DNA from: Camelus ferus
Taxonomy: Eukaryota
NCBI RefSeq assembly: GCF_009834535.1
Contig: NC_045707.1
Span: 61,072,001 to 61,136,000 of the forward strand
Direction of reading: 5' to 3'
DNA: 64,000 bases
Below the pieces are notes generated by a model that had not been told where the DNA came from, did no database searches, and was given only the letters and a program-made list of their open reading frames with translations. Positions 1-12,230 of this stretch are shown here, one piece after another; position 1 is the first letter of the stretch, and each line of letters starts with the position of its first letter. A program made the position numbers and the translations under genes.

Positions 1-1602
1 GAGCTTTCATATTATCTGAGAGTTTAGTTTGACTTGTTTCCATTAATGTGGAAAACTGTTGTCTGATAATCAGATAATTCTCTTGTCTGACCTTGAATCC
101 TTTATACATGAGACCAGACCAAGTGGGCATTCATTGGTGTTTCTATGGAAGGATGCTTTTAAAAACTTCTGAGTTCCAGTTTTCTTTGCCTTTTTTGATT
201 TATTGATGGATTTGTGCATTCACTTTTCCCAAACATTTAATTCACTGTTTTTTATATTGCTCTCTAAACTGCGTGTATACAAAGCTAGTTTTAGGCAGCC
301 TCCTTAAATAAGGTTAAAGCAATACTAGTTAAGGGGGAAGAGAGTCAGCAGGATTTTGTGATAACCAAAGGCAAAGGCACACACAGTGAGAGAATGTGGC
401 ATTTCTGGGAAGCCCAGGGGCCTGATGGCTTAGATTTTAGTCCTTAGAACTTGTTTCAGCAATGGTCCTGCTTTTACTACATGAGTCATAAACATTAGAG
501 CAGGGAATACCTTCAGCCAGATGCCCTGGAAAAGAGTTTGTTAAAATGGAGAGAACAGGATGCCTACATCACATACATCACTATGACTCCTAGGACCGAG
601 TGCTTTAGACCTGCTAATTACTTTCTGAGTGAATTAATGCATATGAGTGAACACATGGAAGGATGTTGCTAGAGCATTATTAGCCAATGAGCAGTATTCT
701 TTGCAATGCAGATTAAAACTGAGACCAGCTAGCTAATGAATTTATGTAAAAGACCATTTATGAGGCCACTACACAGAGAATTGAGCAATAAACAATTCTG
801 CCAACTATTGACCTTTTTCAGCTATAACCTTTCTTCCTATATTCCTGTGAAATAACATCTAATATACAGTGATTGAGATTTTGCTTGTTATTTAATATAA
901 CACATTTTTTTTCTTTTTAAAGTATCTTTGCAAATCAAGCAGTGCTTTTAAAGCTTATGCAAAAATAGTGCCTTGAAAGCTACACTTCTCTCTCATTTTT
1001 CAAATCATCTTTCCGGGTAGAATAGTAATAATGAAGGTGGGATAAATGCAGAGATTTTTATTGAATGCTGCCTTGTTTTAGACAGTTTAAAAAATTTAAT
1101 ATAATTGTTTACTAATTTAGAAGGAAACTATTCTTTGAAATCTTTTTCATAGGTTATTGTACTTACTATTTTCTGGGTCTGGGGGTACAAAATGACTGAT
1201 AAAATAGGTAAATGGTTTAGTTTTATAGGAACTTGACAGTCTCCTGGCCTTTAGCCAGGCCCTCAGAAAACCTGATCTTCTCTTGAACCATGACGCCGGG
1301 GCTGGGAGATGAGTGTTGCATTCACTCAGTGTGTCAGCAGTATGGGAAGGACCGTGGTGGAGCATCAACCAGCAGCGAGTGAAAGAAAAGAGGACTTGAA
1401 AAGGAGTGAGAATGAATGGATAAAAATGGGTGACTCTAGATAGGAGGTTGGTGGATAATGAACTGAAAAGTGGAGCCATTCTGAGATTGAGGTTCAGGAT
1501 AAGCAAAGAACAAAGGTGTATTCTGTGACCAGGGGCCAGGCTGTTTGCATAGTGAGTGGAGCTATTCCATTTACTGTATATGCATTCACGGAGCATAGGA
1601 GG

Positions 1603-1633
<31 letters not shown>
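1603..1633. repeat. (TG)n microsatellite
   Basis: About 15 TG units with one TA interruption, read directly. Confidence 0.95.
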
Positions 1634-2227
1634 CAGCTGGAGACTGAGGCAGGCTGGAGAGAGGACAATCTCCATCTAATCAAGTCAGCTGCTCTGTCCT
1701 TAGCTCTGGCTGATTGTTGCCATGTCAACCTAATGTCTTCTCATTTTTCAAAAGAAATGAGAAATCTGGTATCTTAGAGGAAATAATCAAACATAGCACT
1801 GCATTAAGAAAAAAATTATGTGAGCCAAACTGACCTTGTCTATGGGTTGATAGGACCCTCTGGTCACCAATGAGTCACCTTTATTCTAAGCTGATTTTAG
1901 AATTACATGCTACCTGTTGAGACTTGTGGTACTTATTAACTGGGTAATCTCAATACCTGCATCTGAATAATGGCTCTAGGAAGATTTAGCCCATAGGGTT
2001 GTTTAACTCAAACAGTTTATGACATCCTTTAGTGAGAGGTATGTTACCTCCTAGCTCTGAGAGTTCCTACAATATTGTCCTACACAATTAATAGTCCCTA
2101 CTCAAGGGCACATCTTGGAGTCATGTCCTGAATTAGGATAATAAGAGGTCTGAAAGGATCCTTAGAAAATGGTCTCCAACTTCCTGGTTAAAGGATGGTC
2201 TTGTGGAAGCTTTATGAGCTAGAATGA

Positions 2228-2229
<2 letters not shown>

Positions 2230-2281
<52 letters not shown>
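2230..2281. repeat. (GT)n microsatellite
   Basis: About 25 GT units, nearly perfect. Confidence 0.97.
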
Positions 2282-2610
2282 TGAGGGACAGTTGGGAGGG
2301 AGAGGAGTTGGAGAGAAGAATCCCAGAAAGTAGCCACGAACTCCAAGAGCAGTCCTGACTGTTAACAGTTGCTCCAGTGGAAACTCCAGTGGACTTTCTT
2401 TCCCTGATTGTGAGCCTCCAAGGTTTACCAGCTGATCATTAGATTTTCCAAAGCTGCTGGGGACTTCTCTTCTCCCTGGTTCCTTAAGGATTGAGCAGTT
2501 GGGGTTAGAAAGAAAGAAGCAGATTAGTCAAACATCCTAAAGATTAAATGGTGGTGTATTTTGATTATCAGTGGTTTATGTGAATTTTATCTGTTGAAAA
2601 AAATAAGCAC

Positions 2611-2780
2611 AATGATGTGTCCGTGTAGGTTCATTGATTGACTAATGTACCCTCATTGGGTTTGGGGGTGATAGTTAGGGAGATGGTGTGTGTGTGGGAA
2701 TAGGAAAATCTGTATACTTTCTGTTCAGTTTTACTGTGAACCTACAACTGCTCTAAAACACAAAGTCTATTTTAAAAAAA
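2611..2780 (+). mobile_element. L1MC-type LINE-1 3' end, 5'-truncated
   Basis: AATGATGTGT..GTAGGTTCATT ... TGTGAACCTACAACTGCTCTAAAA..AAAGTCTATT plus an A tail resembles the L1MC1/2 3' terminus. Flanked by a probable TSD, AAAAAA(T/G)AAGCACA (~2597-2611 and ~2774-2788). Confidence 0.8.
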
Positions 2781-2959
2781 GAAGCACACTTTCTTCTAGT
2801 TCTCTTTCAACATTTAGTGTCCTATACCTTTATAGATATTTACAGTGAAAAAACCTTGGGACCCATGTTCTGGAAGTATATTCCTTTTCTCTTTTTTCTC
2901 TACTCTTCCCTTTCTCTCCCACCTTTTTATAGAGCTGCTGGCTTGGAAATCTGTTACCC

Positions 2960-3050
2960 TCTCTCTGAGGTTCACTTAGGCTCAAGAGAGTGTCCGGTAC
3001 ACAGCAGATGTTCAATACCTTTTATTGACTGTCTGAATAAAGGAAGGAAG
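2960..3050 (+). mobile_element. L2 3' end fragment
   Basis: AGAGTGTCCGGTACACAGCAGATGTTCAATA...TGAATAAAGG resembles the L2 terminus. Confidence 0.55.
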
Positions 3051-3196
3051 GAAGGATTGACCTGGCTTGGAAGTTGTGAGCCTTGGTGTGATGTCAACCT
3101 CCATCCCAAACTTAGGGAGCACTTGTTATGTGTTAGAACTCTGACAATTTGGGGCTTTTTAACCCATACTTATTTGTTGGGAGTTAAAATGATTCC

Positions 3197-3250
3197 TGTA
3201 CACCAGAAATTAATACAACATTGCAAATCGATTATATTTGAAAAACAAAA
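3197..3250 (+). mobile_element. Very short L1 3' end (cetartiodactyl/camelid type)
   Basis: TGTACACCAGAAATTAATACAACATTGCAAATCGATTATATTTG plus an A tail. Imperfect TSD: AAAATGATTCCTGT / AAAAGATTTCTGT. Confidence 0.75.
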
Positions 3251-3284
3251 GATTTCTGTTTTCAGAACAGGATGTTTTAAAGCG

Positions 3285-3460
3285 AAAATGATTTTAGACA
3301 TCATCTAATCAAGTACTGACATTTGTTTAGATGACTTTTCCTGTATCTGAGCTCCTGTGTGTTTGAAGAAACAGAGGCCAAGAGTTTTACTGATAATGTT
3401 CAGTCACAAAGCTGGTAGAGGGCAAAGTCGATCATTGGACGCCCAGTTCGTTTGACTTTT
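3285..3460 (-). mobile_element. MIR/MIR3-like SINE, degenerate
   Basis: GAAGAAACAGAGGCC...AGTCACAAAGCTGGTAGAGGGCAAAG resembles the antisense MIR core. Confidence 0.45.
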
Positions 3461-4599
3461 AGTAGCACATCTGTGACATGGCTCTTCTCAGAGAAAAACC
3501 TAACCTAGGCAAGTGCTCTGGGAGATGACAGATGCCATGTTGGTGGTGCCCTTATTCTATGGGGACATGGATATAACTTGTAACTTTTCCTTGTCATCAA
3601 GCTAATTTCCACTAAAGAGAAGTTTTTACTTCTAGGGAGGGCTATGTGGCTTTTCTTTGACCCTGAGCTGAAGTTTTCAATGAGCTTCTAACATAAATGA
3701 ATGCAGAATATATATATATATTTCACTTAGCTTGCTGACATCAAGGAATTCTGAATGTGATCTTGTGTAAATTCAGATTCCTGTTAAGAGAAGAAAGTTC
3801 AATAAAGTGGGCCCTGCTGATAACCCACCGAACATTAAGTTTTATCTGCACGGTCAAAATGGCGTGTAAGTACAGACATTTGTCTTAGACTCATCTCAAG
3901 TTAAACTCTTTTCTGAATATGGACATGAACACATTGCCTGCCTGGTAGTGAGAGTCTGCTGACGACGTAAGTTGGCAACAGAAACAGAGAGGCAAACAGT
4001 TGAAGTGAGATCTTCAAGAGCATCAAGATGTCATTTAGAGAAAATTCGGAGGTCTTTGGAGTTAAATGAAGAGAGGTTGAGTTCACTGTGCATTCAGTTC
4101 TCTAGAACACATTTGTAGTCTTTTCTTGCCATCCTTGCTAAATTATTTTCCTGGCTGCCTACTGGCCCTCCTCACCCCTACTCCAAACATCGTAGAGTCA
4201 TTTTGGAAAAGACTAATGTTAGCTCTGGGTGCCTTTGGACATTTGGATTGATAGAAAGAAGAGGCAGAAACTGAGTCAGTGGGATGGGTGATTCAGAAAA
4301 TGATTTAAGAAGTAGAAAATCTATGGGCCTCTTGTAGACAAAAATGGTAATGGCTGGGTGGTCTTCACATCTTTTACTGATTATTTCTTATCACTTCTAG
4401 AAAGACACTGAGGATGCATTTTATACTTTAGTATAAACTACATTAGTTTCACTTCATTTTTTGCATTTTAAAAAAGAACCAGCTAAGACTCCAAATATTT
4501 TTGGTCCCATGTGGCCTTGACAAATCCACTGTAAAGATACAAGGAAAATTTTTCTGGGTTTAATTGAATTGAGATCAGATTAGGTCTTAGCTTTAGTAT

Positions 4600-4727
4600 T
4601 TTCCATCCTGCCCTCCTGCCCTGCCTTTGTTTCTTCCTTTGTTCACTCTTCCTTTTCTCTTCCTCCTCCTCCTTGTTTTTCCTTTTCCTCTCTATTCCCA
4701 TCCCTCCCTCCCTCCCTTCTTCTCCTA
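4600..4727. repeat. CT-rich low-complexity polypyrimidine tract
   Basis: About 125 nt, almost all C/T. Explains the E/R/K-rich minus-strand ORF 4483-4731. Confidence 0.85.
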
Positions 4728-7550
4728 TCAAGAGAGGAAATGGAAAGAGAAAGGTGAAGCTGGGAAGTGTGCTTTATAAACTCTTTATTCCTGCCAGGAT
4801 ATAAAGGCAATTATGATTAATCAATTAGAAATTTGAGGCTCCTGAATATAAACAATTCCCCATCTCTGCTTTTTGTCAGATGAGGAACTAGGGCTTGGCC
4901 AGAGGAATTTCATGGGGCTTCAGGCTGGACCTCCATTCTAGGGGTCCCTCCCCTCCATGTGGAAGGGCAATAGGAGGAGAGCTCGGGCCTCCGTGCAGCG
5001 CCCCATGTGATGCTGGGTGCTCTGGAGCATCCCTCTCCTGGAGCAGGGAGTCTGCCTTGGTGCGGGCTGGTCCCTCGTTCCCCAGCTGTGTCGAGAGCGT
5101 TTGTCTGAAGTGGTGAATATACAGGCAGCAAAAGGTTCTGCTCCTTCCCTCTCTTGCCTCCCCTGCCGTGAGCCTCCCATGGTGCCTGGTCTAGGGGAGG
5201 AGCTCAGAATCTGCTGGTTGGACAAAGCTTTATGAGGCAGATTTTGGAGAGTTTTGGAGCCATTTTCTCAATCTCTCTAGAAGTTTTCATCTGGTACTCT
5301 CAGGTTTTTACTATATATATATACACATTTTAAAAAAAATCCTCCCCACCCCTTACCACTTCTCTCACCCTGAAAACACAGCAGTGCATTTCTGATGATA
5401 TGTGGCTGTTTATGATTTTAGGGAGAGGGCATAAGGTATTAGAGAAATAGAAAGGATAGTTGTAGTAATTTTTCTCTGGATATAATTTAAAGCAGGGTTT
5501 TATAAAATGCTAGTTTCAACCCACTAGTGGGTCATCAATTCAGTATTGTGAGTTTCAACTTGCATTTTTTGAAAAAGAAAAAACTGAAAAGAAAATAGGC
5601 CGAGTGAGCTCTGTTTTGCGAAACATCTGTTTCAGTCACACACCGGTAGGAGGGCGCATGCTGGGCTATGATGTCGGTGCATTTCTTACAGTGGGTCTGT
5701 AGAGTTTGAAGCCGGTGATTTAAGGCACGCACGCTTTCTTGGCTCAATTTAAAGTAGTAAATGCTGTCTTTCTAAGATCTTAAATCACGTAGTTAACCAC
5801 TGAGCTTACCTTTCCAGAGAAACTACTTCCCCTGACCAGAAGAAACACCTTAATGGGTAACAGAGATAAGAAGGTAATTTAAATACCTATTTGTACCAAC
5901 TGTATTGACACTGAGCCAGTGGCTTATACAGTCAGCTCTCTCCTGCTCCTAATTAGCTGTTAGCTGATTTTGTAAAGAGGTCATCTTTACATATTTTGTG
6001 AAGTGGTCATCTGCTTAGTTGAAAAATCCTTTTGTATTGTCTCGGGAAGGTGTGAGGACATACCGAAATGGTTGTCAATGGAGATGGAAGGTTTTCTGGT
6101 TTGTTTTTTTTTTTGCTTACTCAAGAGAGCCCTGGAAAAACATGGTTTTATATGGATCAGGGCACTCAGATGTGGGGACATATGTGGTTGGAGGCAAAGG
6201 AGAATTTAAAAGTACGAGACTGAACTTCCCAGTGACATCCTGTTCCTTTGGCAGCCACTTGGCTGACGTGTTTGCAGTCATGATGGGTGACCCCCTGTCG
6301 TGCTTATCTGGTCAGGGGTTGTCTGAATGGGGTCTCTCTGGGGCTCTGCGGGCTCTGGAGTGGGGTTGTGTCACTGGAGATGCATGCCAGGCTGAGTTCA
6401 CAGCTGGAGAGGAGGGCGGCAGAGGTGCGCTTGGCTCTCCCCGGAAGCCCACCTGAACTGCTGCTGAGGGCACCAAGGAAAGGCTGTAAGGCACCACACA
6501 CGGCCACCCTCCTTCATATATGCGGTACCCAGAGTCCAGCTGCTATTCAGTCTGGCAAAGAGGGAAGTTTTTTCCCCTTTTAGGCAATCTGCCCTGTATT
6601 ATACAAGGGAAGGCACAAAGAAGCCAATTGATTTATAGACTCCTTTTGGGAGAAACAAAACAAAACAAAAAACCCTAATAAAACTTAAGCTCTACTTTTT
6701 CATCTGAACCTGAGTTTTGTCTTTCCTAGAAATACTGCTTCTTAGATGGATTCAGAGCTTTGGAAATCTCTCCTGCCATTGAAGGGTCCGTCTTTAACAG
6801 GTCAGTGGGTAAAGCTCATTGAAGCTGTTTTTATTTTTATTCTGTCAAAGAACTAGCCCACTTTTCCCTCTCAGATGATATAATGGTTCTCCAGGCTCTG
6901 GAGCCGGCAGATGGCTCATGATACAATGTTGACGTTCCATTTAGAGACCGACCTTTGGATTTTGTTCGTTTCCCCTGTCCCCTTCTCTTATTTGAGAGGT
7001 CAGGGAGGGACAAAGATGTGCAAGAGGAAAGCTGTGACTTGCTGGTGACCTCCCCACCCTCCAACAAGTGACAGGGCATCCCAGTGCACTGAGTCTGGAC
7101 CCCTTGAATATGCCGTCTGCCAGTCGAACTCCTTTTTTGTGTGCAGATCTAAAAAGAAAAAAATAAACTGACATCTCATTATGGGAGGAATTCACCTCAA
7201 GTGTGGACATCAGAGACAAGGCTTTGACAGGAAAATGCCTCCTGTCTTCTCTCCCTGGGATCCCAGCCTTTATTCCAGGACCTTTGAACTCTCATTGTTA
7301 CTGACGATGGTTAGAGAGAAAATGGGACAAGAGGGGGCACATTGAATGCTGCAGAGCGGCCGTCATAGTTTTCATTCAGTGGAAGAAACTGGACACTCAC
7401 GAATGAGAGGGGGATGGGCCACTCACGTCTTGATCGTTAAGTTGTTGGAATATCTAAGCCTCTTGTTCTCTTGTCACCCTGTTATTTGGTCATTAACCCA
7501 GCTGCCCAGGGATTGAGTGCTGGAAGGATGAGTGGATAAAGTTAAAACAA

Positions 7551-7665
7551 GTGAGGACAAAATGGGTGAAGATGCTCAAAAGATGTAAACTTCCAGCTAT
7601 AAGGTAGATAAGTCCTGGGGGTGTAATGCACAGCATGGTGACTATAAAGAAAAAAAAAAGAAATT
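7551..7665 (+). mobile_element. L1MA9-like 3' UTR fragment followed by an A-run
   Basis: AAACTTCCAGCTATAAG..ATAAGTCCTGGGG.TGTAATGCACAGCATGGTGACTATA resembles the L1MA-group 3' UTR. Confidence 0.7.
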
Positions 7666-8379
7666 AAAAACCCACGTGAGCATGTCTACTAGAGAGTAGA
7701 TAAATCTGCGTCTACTTAATAAAAGAGAGTTTAGCTCAGTCTTTGTCCCTTACACGATAAAGGACGAATCCCCATAGTCTGGTCTCTCCCTTCCAACTAC
7801 TGCATTCCAGCCACGTGATTTCTCAGGGTATTTGACTAGTCGAGTGGTTCCTGATCCCAGCTACTGAGGCTAATTGAGAGTTAATCGTATGTTTGCTCGT
7901 TATTTTGCTTACCTCCTGGTTTAAAAGTAAGAGCAGTTGCTTAGACTCCAAACTTGGGCCCAAAAGTAGCATCATATGGTGTGATTCAGGGTGTGAGGAA
8001 GCCTTTCTTTCCATTATCTTTCCCACCATCCAATCCCAGCACCTAAAATTAGAGTTATTCATTGAGGCTAAGACAGCTTTATTTTCCCCAGGGGAAGGGA
8101 ATACTATATATATGTTTTTCCACTTTTCTACATTTTTGAAATGGATATGCATTACAAGTGATGAATATATTATAGTGTTTTTTCTCCCCACATTTCATTA
8201 AATTTATAATGCATTTTCAGTGGATGGAACTTACGATGTTGTAAATATGATATATTAAGCAGTTATTAAGTCAATCATATTTAAGTGTGAATTATTTCAG
8301 TATTTTTGTTTCTGGAAAGTTACCTGAGAAAAGCATTTTGTGAAATTAGAAATGCTAATATGTATTTCTTAAATTAATA

Positions 8380-8480
8380 TATATTGAGTACCTTGCAGTG
8401 TTCCTGGCTCTGCTTTTATTAACATGACCTCACTTGATCTTTAAAGCAATCCTCTTACAGGGATGACTTTTTATTATTAC
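8380..8480 (-). mobile_element. MIR fragment
   Basis: ATTGAGTACCTT...CTCACTTGATCTTTAAAGCAATCCT resembles the antisense MIR 3' part. Confidence 0.5.
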
Positions 8481-8525
8481 TTTTATTATTATTATACAAT
8501 TTGGTCTCAAATAATTTGAATGAAG

Positions 8526-8800
8526 TTCATTTATTTATGTAACATATTTGTTGAGCATCTACTAGGTATCAGGCATTCTTCTAGGTACCAAGGATTCAGA
8601 GATGAATTAAGGCAGTTACTGTCTCTGACCTAGGAAGCTGCCTGTGATAAACCAGCAAAGCAATAAACGAGATAATTTCAAATATCAAGTGCGATGAAGA
8701 AAATAAAACCCAGTGCATCTGGGAATTGCTGATTGTGGGGGGCTGTCACTGTTATGTCGGTAGAGGAAACAGCAAGTATAAAGCAATGAGGGTTCGCTTA
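8526..8800 (-). mobile_element. L2 fragment
   Basis: TTCATTTATTT..AACATATTTGTTGAGCATCTACTAGGTATCAGGCATTCTTCTAGG is a typical antisense L2 3' end. Confidence 0.75.
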
Positions 8801-9744
8801 AGGCTTTTGACTTTTCGAGGTCACCCAACTAGTGAGAGGCTCTGGGTTTTAATCTGTTTCTGGAATAAGCAAGAGGCAGTGGCAAGCCTGAGAAGTTTTG
8901 CTTCTTTAAGGTGAAGCCATGAGAGTTATTAGAGCATATTGAAATGATTTTTGCCGAACTGGACTGGTGCCAGGACACCTGGGCTGCGAGCTCCACCCCT
9001 CCCCTCGGAACATTAGGGACTTCAGAGGAAGTATCTGTTTTCATCATTTCTGGAAACAGGATTGTTCTTTGATGTTTTCTCATTCTGTTTGCCTGACGAC
9101 CACACCAGAATCAGACTTTCTTCAAGGCCTCTCTTGCCTAATGAACTAGAGGCTTTGGAAAAATCTGCCAAATAATAGAAATATTTCTCTTTCAGCTTAA
9201 CTGCTGACCCAGACTAGTCAGAGAAACGGCCTTTCAAAGGATAAATCGATGAAATTCCATTTCTGGGGGCAAGTGCCTTGATTTGCATCGAGCATTGTTG
9301 TAAATGTCAACCGTCCAGCTCCCACTGTCAGCTTGAATGGCCGTCAGTGTTTATCCTCCCAAGAAAATTGCCCCGACATATTCAGTGCATGGCTGGGGGC
9401 TGTGAGGCCGTACTGTTTCTTGTTAATCACAAGCATGCCCCTCTTATCTGTCCCCCTTCCTTTCTCTCCTGTGAGCCGCTTCCAAGTTTTCCAAAGTTCT
9501 GATGACACGCTGACTTCATTTAGCTGGGTTGTTCGTTTTTCTGGGCTACTCTGCTGAGCCGGCATTCCCATGACCCATCCTGTGAAGTCCTGGGAGGGCA
9601 GCAAACTGAGCTGGTGGAAGAATGAGAGGCAGTTGAAGAAACTGAACAAAGGGACGAGCCGTGGCAGCTTCCTTCCCTTGCAACTGGAAGTAGATGTGAA
9701 AAGCCCAGGGCACAAAACTGTTCCAAAGCAAAAACGCCAGAATG

Positions 9745-9810
9745 TATGTGCTGTCTTGTTTACCACTGTGTCCCCAAGACCTAGAACATAGCAGGTGATG
9801 AATAAATGAC
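9745..9810 (+). mobile_element. L2 3' end fragment
   Basis: TGTCTTGTTTACCACTGTGTCCCCAAGACCTAGAACATAGCAGG...AATAAATGA. Confidence 0.65.
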
Positions 9811-10794
9811 TCTCGAGGCAAGCTGTCTCTCCGAGCTTAACCACGCCCTCCATTGCCTCCTAGGTCCCTTTCTCATTGACCACTGCTGGGCTTTTGCCAG
9901 TTCTTTGCTCTTGAGGAAGGAATGGAGCCTAGAAAGGGGTGGGGGAAGGCTGGTCCTACTGCCAGGCTCGATTGGCTGAAGCAATCAGGACCCTTTTTCC
10001 AGCTGCAGACCACTTTGTGTGTGATAAATGATACAGAAACATGCCCCGGGCAGCCGACTGGCCCCTCACCCGTTCTTTGTAAATACCAGCCAGAGGCAGC
10101 TCTGGTCTTGTGCCAGGCTGGAGGCAGCAAGAGCAAATCTCGCAGGTTCCTGCTCCTCCCAGGGGCTTGTCATACCTCTACAGCTGCTGTCTCAGTTCCA
10201 GATACAGGGTGATGAATTCTTTGTAATTTTCCTTTGGAGCATCCATGAAGGAGACGTCATCCTCCCACTCTGCCTGTATCTGTTTGCTTTGGCAGAGCAT
10301 CGCTTCGCGTTTCCTCTCTTCTCTACTCTCATCTCTTTGATTCAGAATGATCTCTCCTGCTGCTTACTTCTTGTTCCTGGAGGTACAAACCACAAGTAGG
10401 GCTTTGATAGCAATGACCAGAGGAAGTGTTAGGTCACTGGGGCGGGTCTAGATGAACAACTCTGTGTCTTGGAATTTATTTTATCTCTCTTCCATCAAAC
10501 TGCGTTACACTGAGACAGTCTAGGAAAGAGAATTTATATAAATGAAATGTTTAGTCCCCTGACTGAGGGGCTGTGTTGCTATGTTTTGTGGCTTTTGAGA
10601 CTCAGACATTTTCACCCTTTAACACCTCAGAATTTGGGAGTTATTTTTCTTATAATGTATGTCACTCATTAATTGGCAATTAAAAAAAATTTTTTTTTTT
10701 GGTGGTGGATATAAAATAATGATGTCTCTCACAATGGGTGTAATCTTAGATTTGATAAAAGAAGACAGTTCATTTTGGCCAGAAATGTCTCAAT

Positions 10795-11995
10795 TTTTTT
10801 ATGACTTCATTTTTTAAAAGCAATTTTTGGCTTACAGCAAAATTGAGAGGGAGGAACAGAGATTTCCCATACTCTTTTCCTCCGCATGTGCATGGCTTCC
10901 CCCTTATCAACATCACTGAAATGGTACATTTTTAAACCAAGGATAAGCCTACTTTGACACATCATAATCACTCTAAGTCCGTAGTTTACCTTAGGGTTCG
11001 CTCTTGGTGTTGTACATTCTATGGATTTGAACAAATGGATAATGACATATATTCATCACTGTAATATCATGTAGAGTATTTTTATTACCTTATTCATCAT
11101 TTCTTCCCCTCCTGGGACAACCATTGACCTTTTTATTGTCTCCATAGTTTTGCCTTTTCCAAAACATCATATAGTTGGAATCATACAATGAGTAGCCTTT
11201 TCAGGTTGGTTTTTTTCACTTAGTAATATGCATTTAAGTTTCCTTCTTGTCTTTTTATAGCTTGATAGCTCCTTTCTTTTTAGCACTGAATAAAATTCTA
11301 CTGTCTGGATGTACCACAGTTTATTTATCCATTCACCTACTGAAAGACATCTGGCTGCCTCCAAATCTGCTTTAGCAGTTATGAATAAAGCTGCTATAAA
11401 GATCCATGTGCAGGTTTCAGTGCAGACATAAATTTTCAACTCCTTTGGGTAAATACCAAGGAAGATGATGGCTGGATCACCTGGTAGGAGCACATGTAGT
11501 TTTGTAAGAACTGCCAGACTGTCTTCCAAAGTGGCTGGACACTTCTGCTCGTCCACCAGCAAAGAGTGACAGTTCCTCTTGTTCCATATGCTCACCAGCA
11601 TTTGGTGCTATCAGTGTTCTGGATTTCAGCCATTCTAAAGGTGGGTAGTGGTATCTCCTTGTTTTAATTCGCTTTTCTCTGACAACAAATGATGTGGAAC
11701 ATCTTTGCATGAGCTTATTTGCCATCAGTATGCTTTGATGTCTGTTAATATCTACAGCCCATTTTTTAAGTGTGTTTTTTGTTTTCTTATTGCTGCATTT
11801 TAAGAGTTCTTTGTATATTTTGAATAATGCTTCTTTATCAGATATCTCTTTGGCAAAGATTTTCTCCTAGTCTGTGACTTGTCTTCTGATTCTCTTGAGA
11901 ATGTCTTTCACAGAGCAGAAGTTTTTTAATTTTAACAAAGTTTAGCTTCTCAGTGATTTATTTCCTGGTTTGCGTCTTTGGTATTACATCTGAAA
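10795..11995 (-). mobile_element. L1MC1-like LINE-1, ~1.2 kb 3' portion with decayed ORF2 C-terminus
   Basis: Minus-strand ORFs give L1 ORF2 C-terminal motifs (MANKLMQRCSTS..REKRIKT..YH; DPAIIFLGIYPKELK; FIAALFITAK; EWINKLWYI), split by frameshifts. An L1MC-type 3' UTR follows. Confidence 0.93.
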
Positions 11996-12114
11996 AGATA
12001 TATGTAGGGAACCTGTAAACATTTGTGTAGAAAGAGTGCTGAAACTATCCAACAACCAACAGGACCGCAAACTCCTGGCACACTCTCCAAGCAGTGGCCG
12101 TTAGAAGTCTGTTT

Positions 12115-12230
12115 AAGGTCAGGGGAAGCTTAGAGGCTCCGAGGTCCTGCCCAAGATGGCAAATGGGGGAGTCGGAATTTTAACCCAGGAACTCTAACTG
12201 CAAGAGTTCATCCTCTCAAGTACCACAAAG
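12115..12230 (-). mobile_element. MIR fragment
   Basis: TGCCCAAGAT...GGAATTTTAACCCAGG..CTCTAACTGCAAGAG resembles the antisense MIR head. Confidence 0.5.

Noticed and set aside
1147..1728. Longest ORF (193 aa, minus strand)
   Set aside because: It runs through a (CA)n microsatellite (THTHTH), has no recognisable domain or splice context, and its length is compatible with chance in six frames of 64 kb.
6855..6921. Acceptor followed by DIMVLQALEPADGS* as a terminal exon
   Set aside because: The peptide is short and unrecognised, with no supporting upstream exon. Such acceptors are frequent by chance.
9344..9853. 169-aa minus-strand ORF, and similar 140-165-aa ORFs at 2817 and 6019
   Set aside because: They overlap L2 fragments or low-complexity DNA, and show no homology that I recognise.
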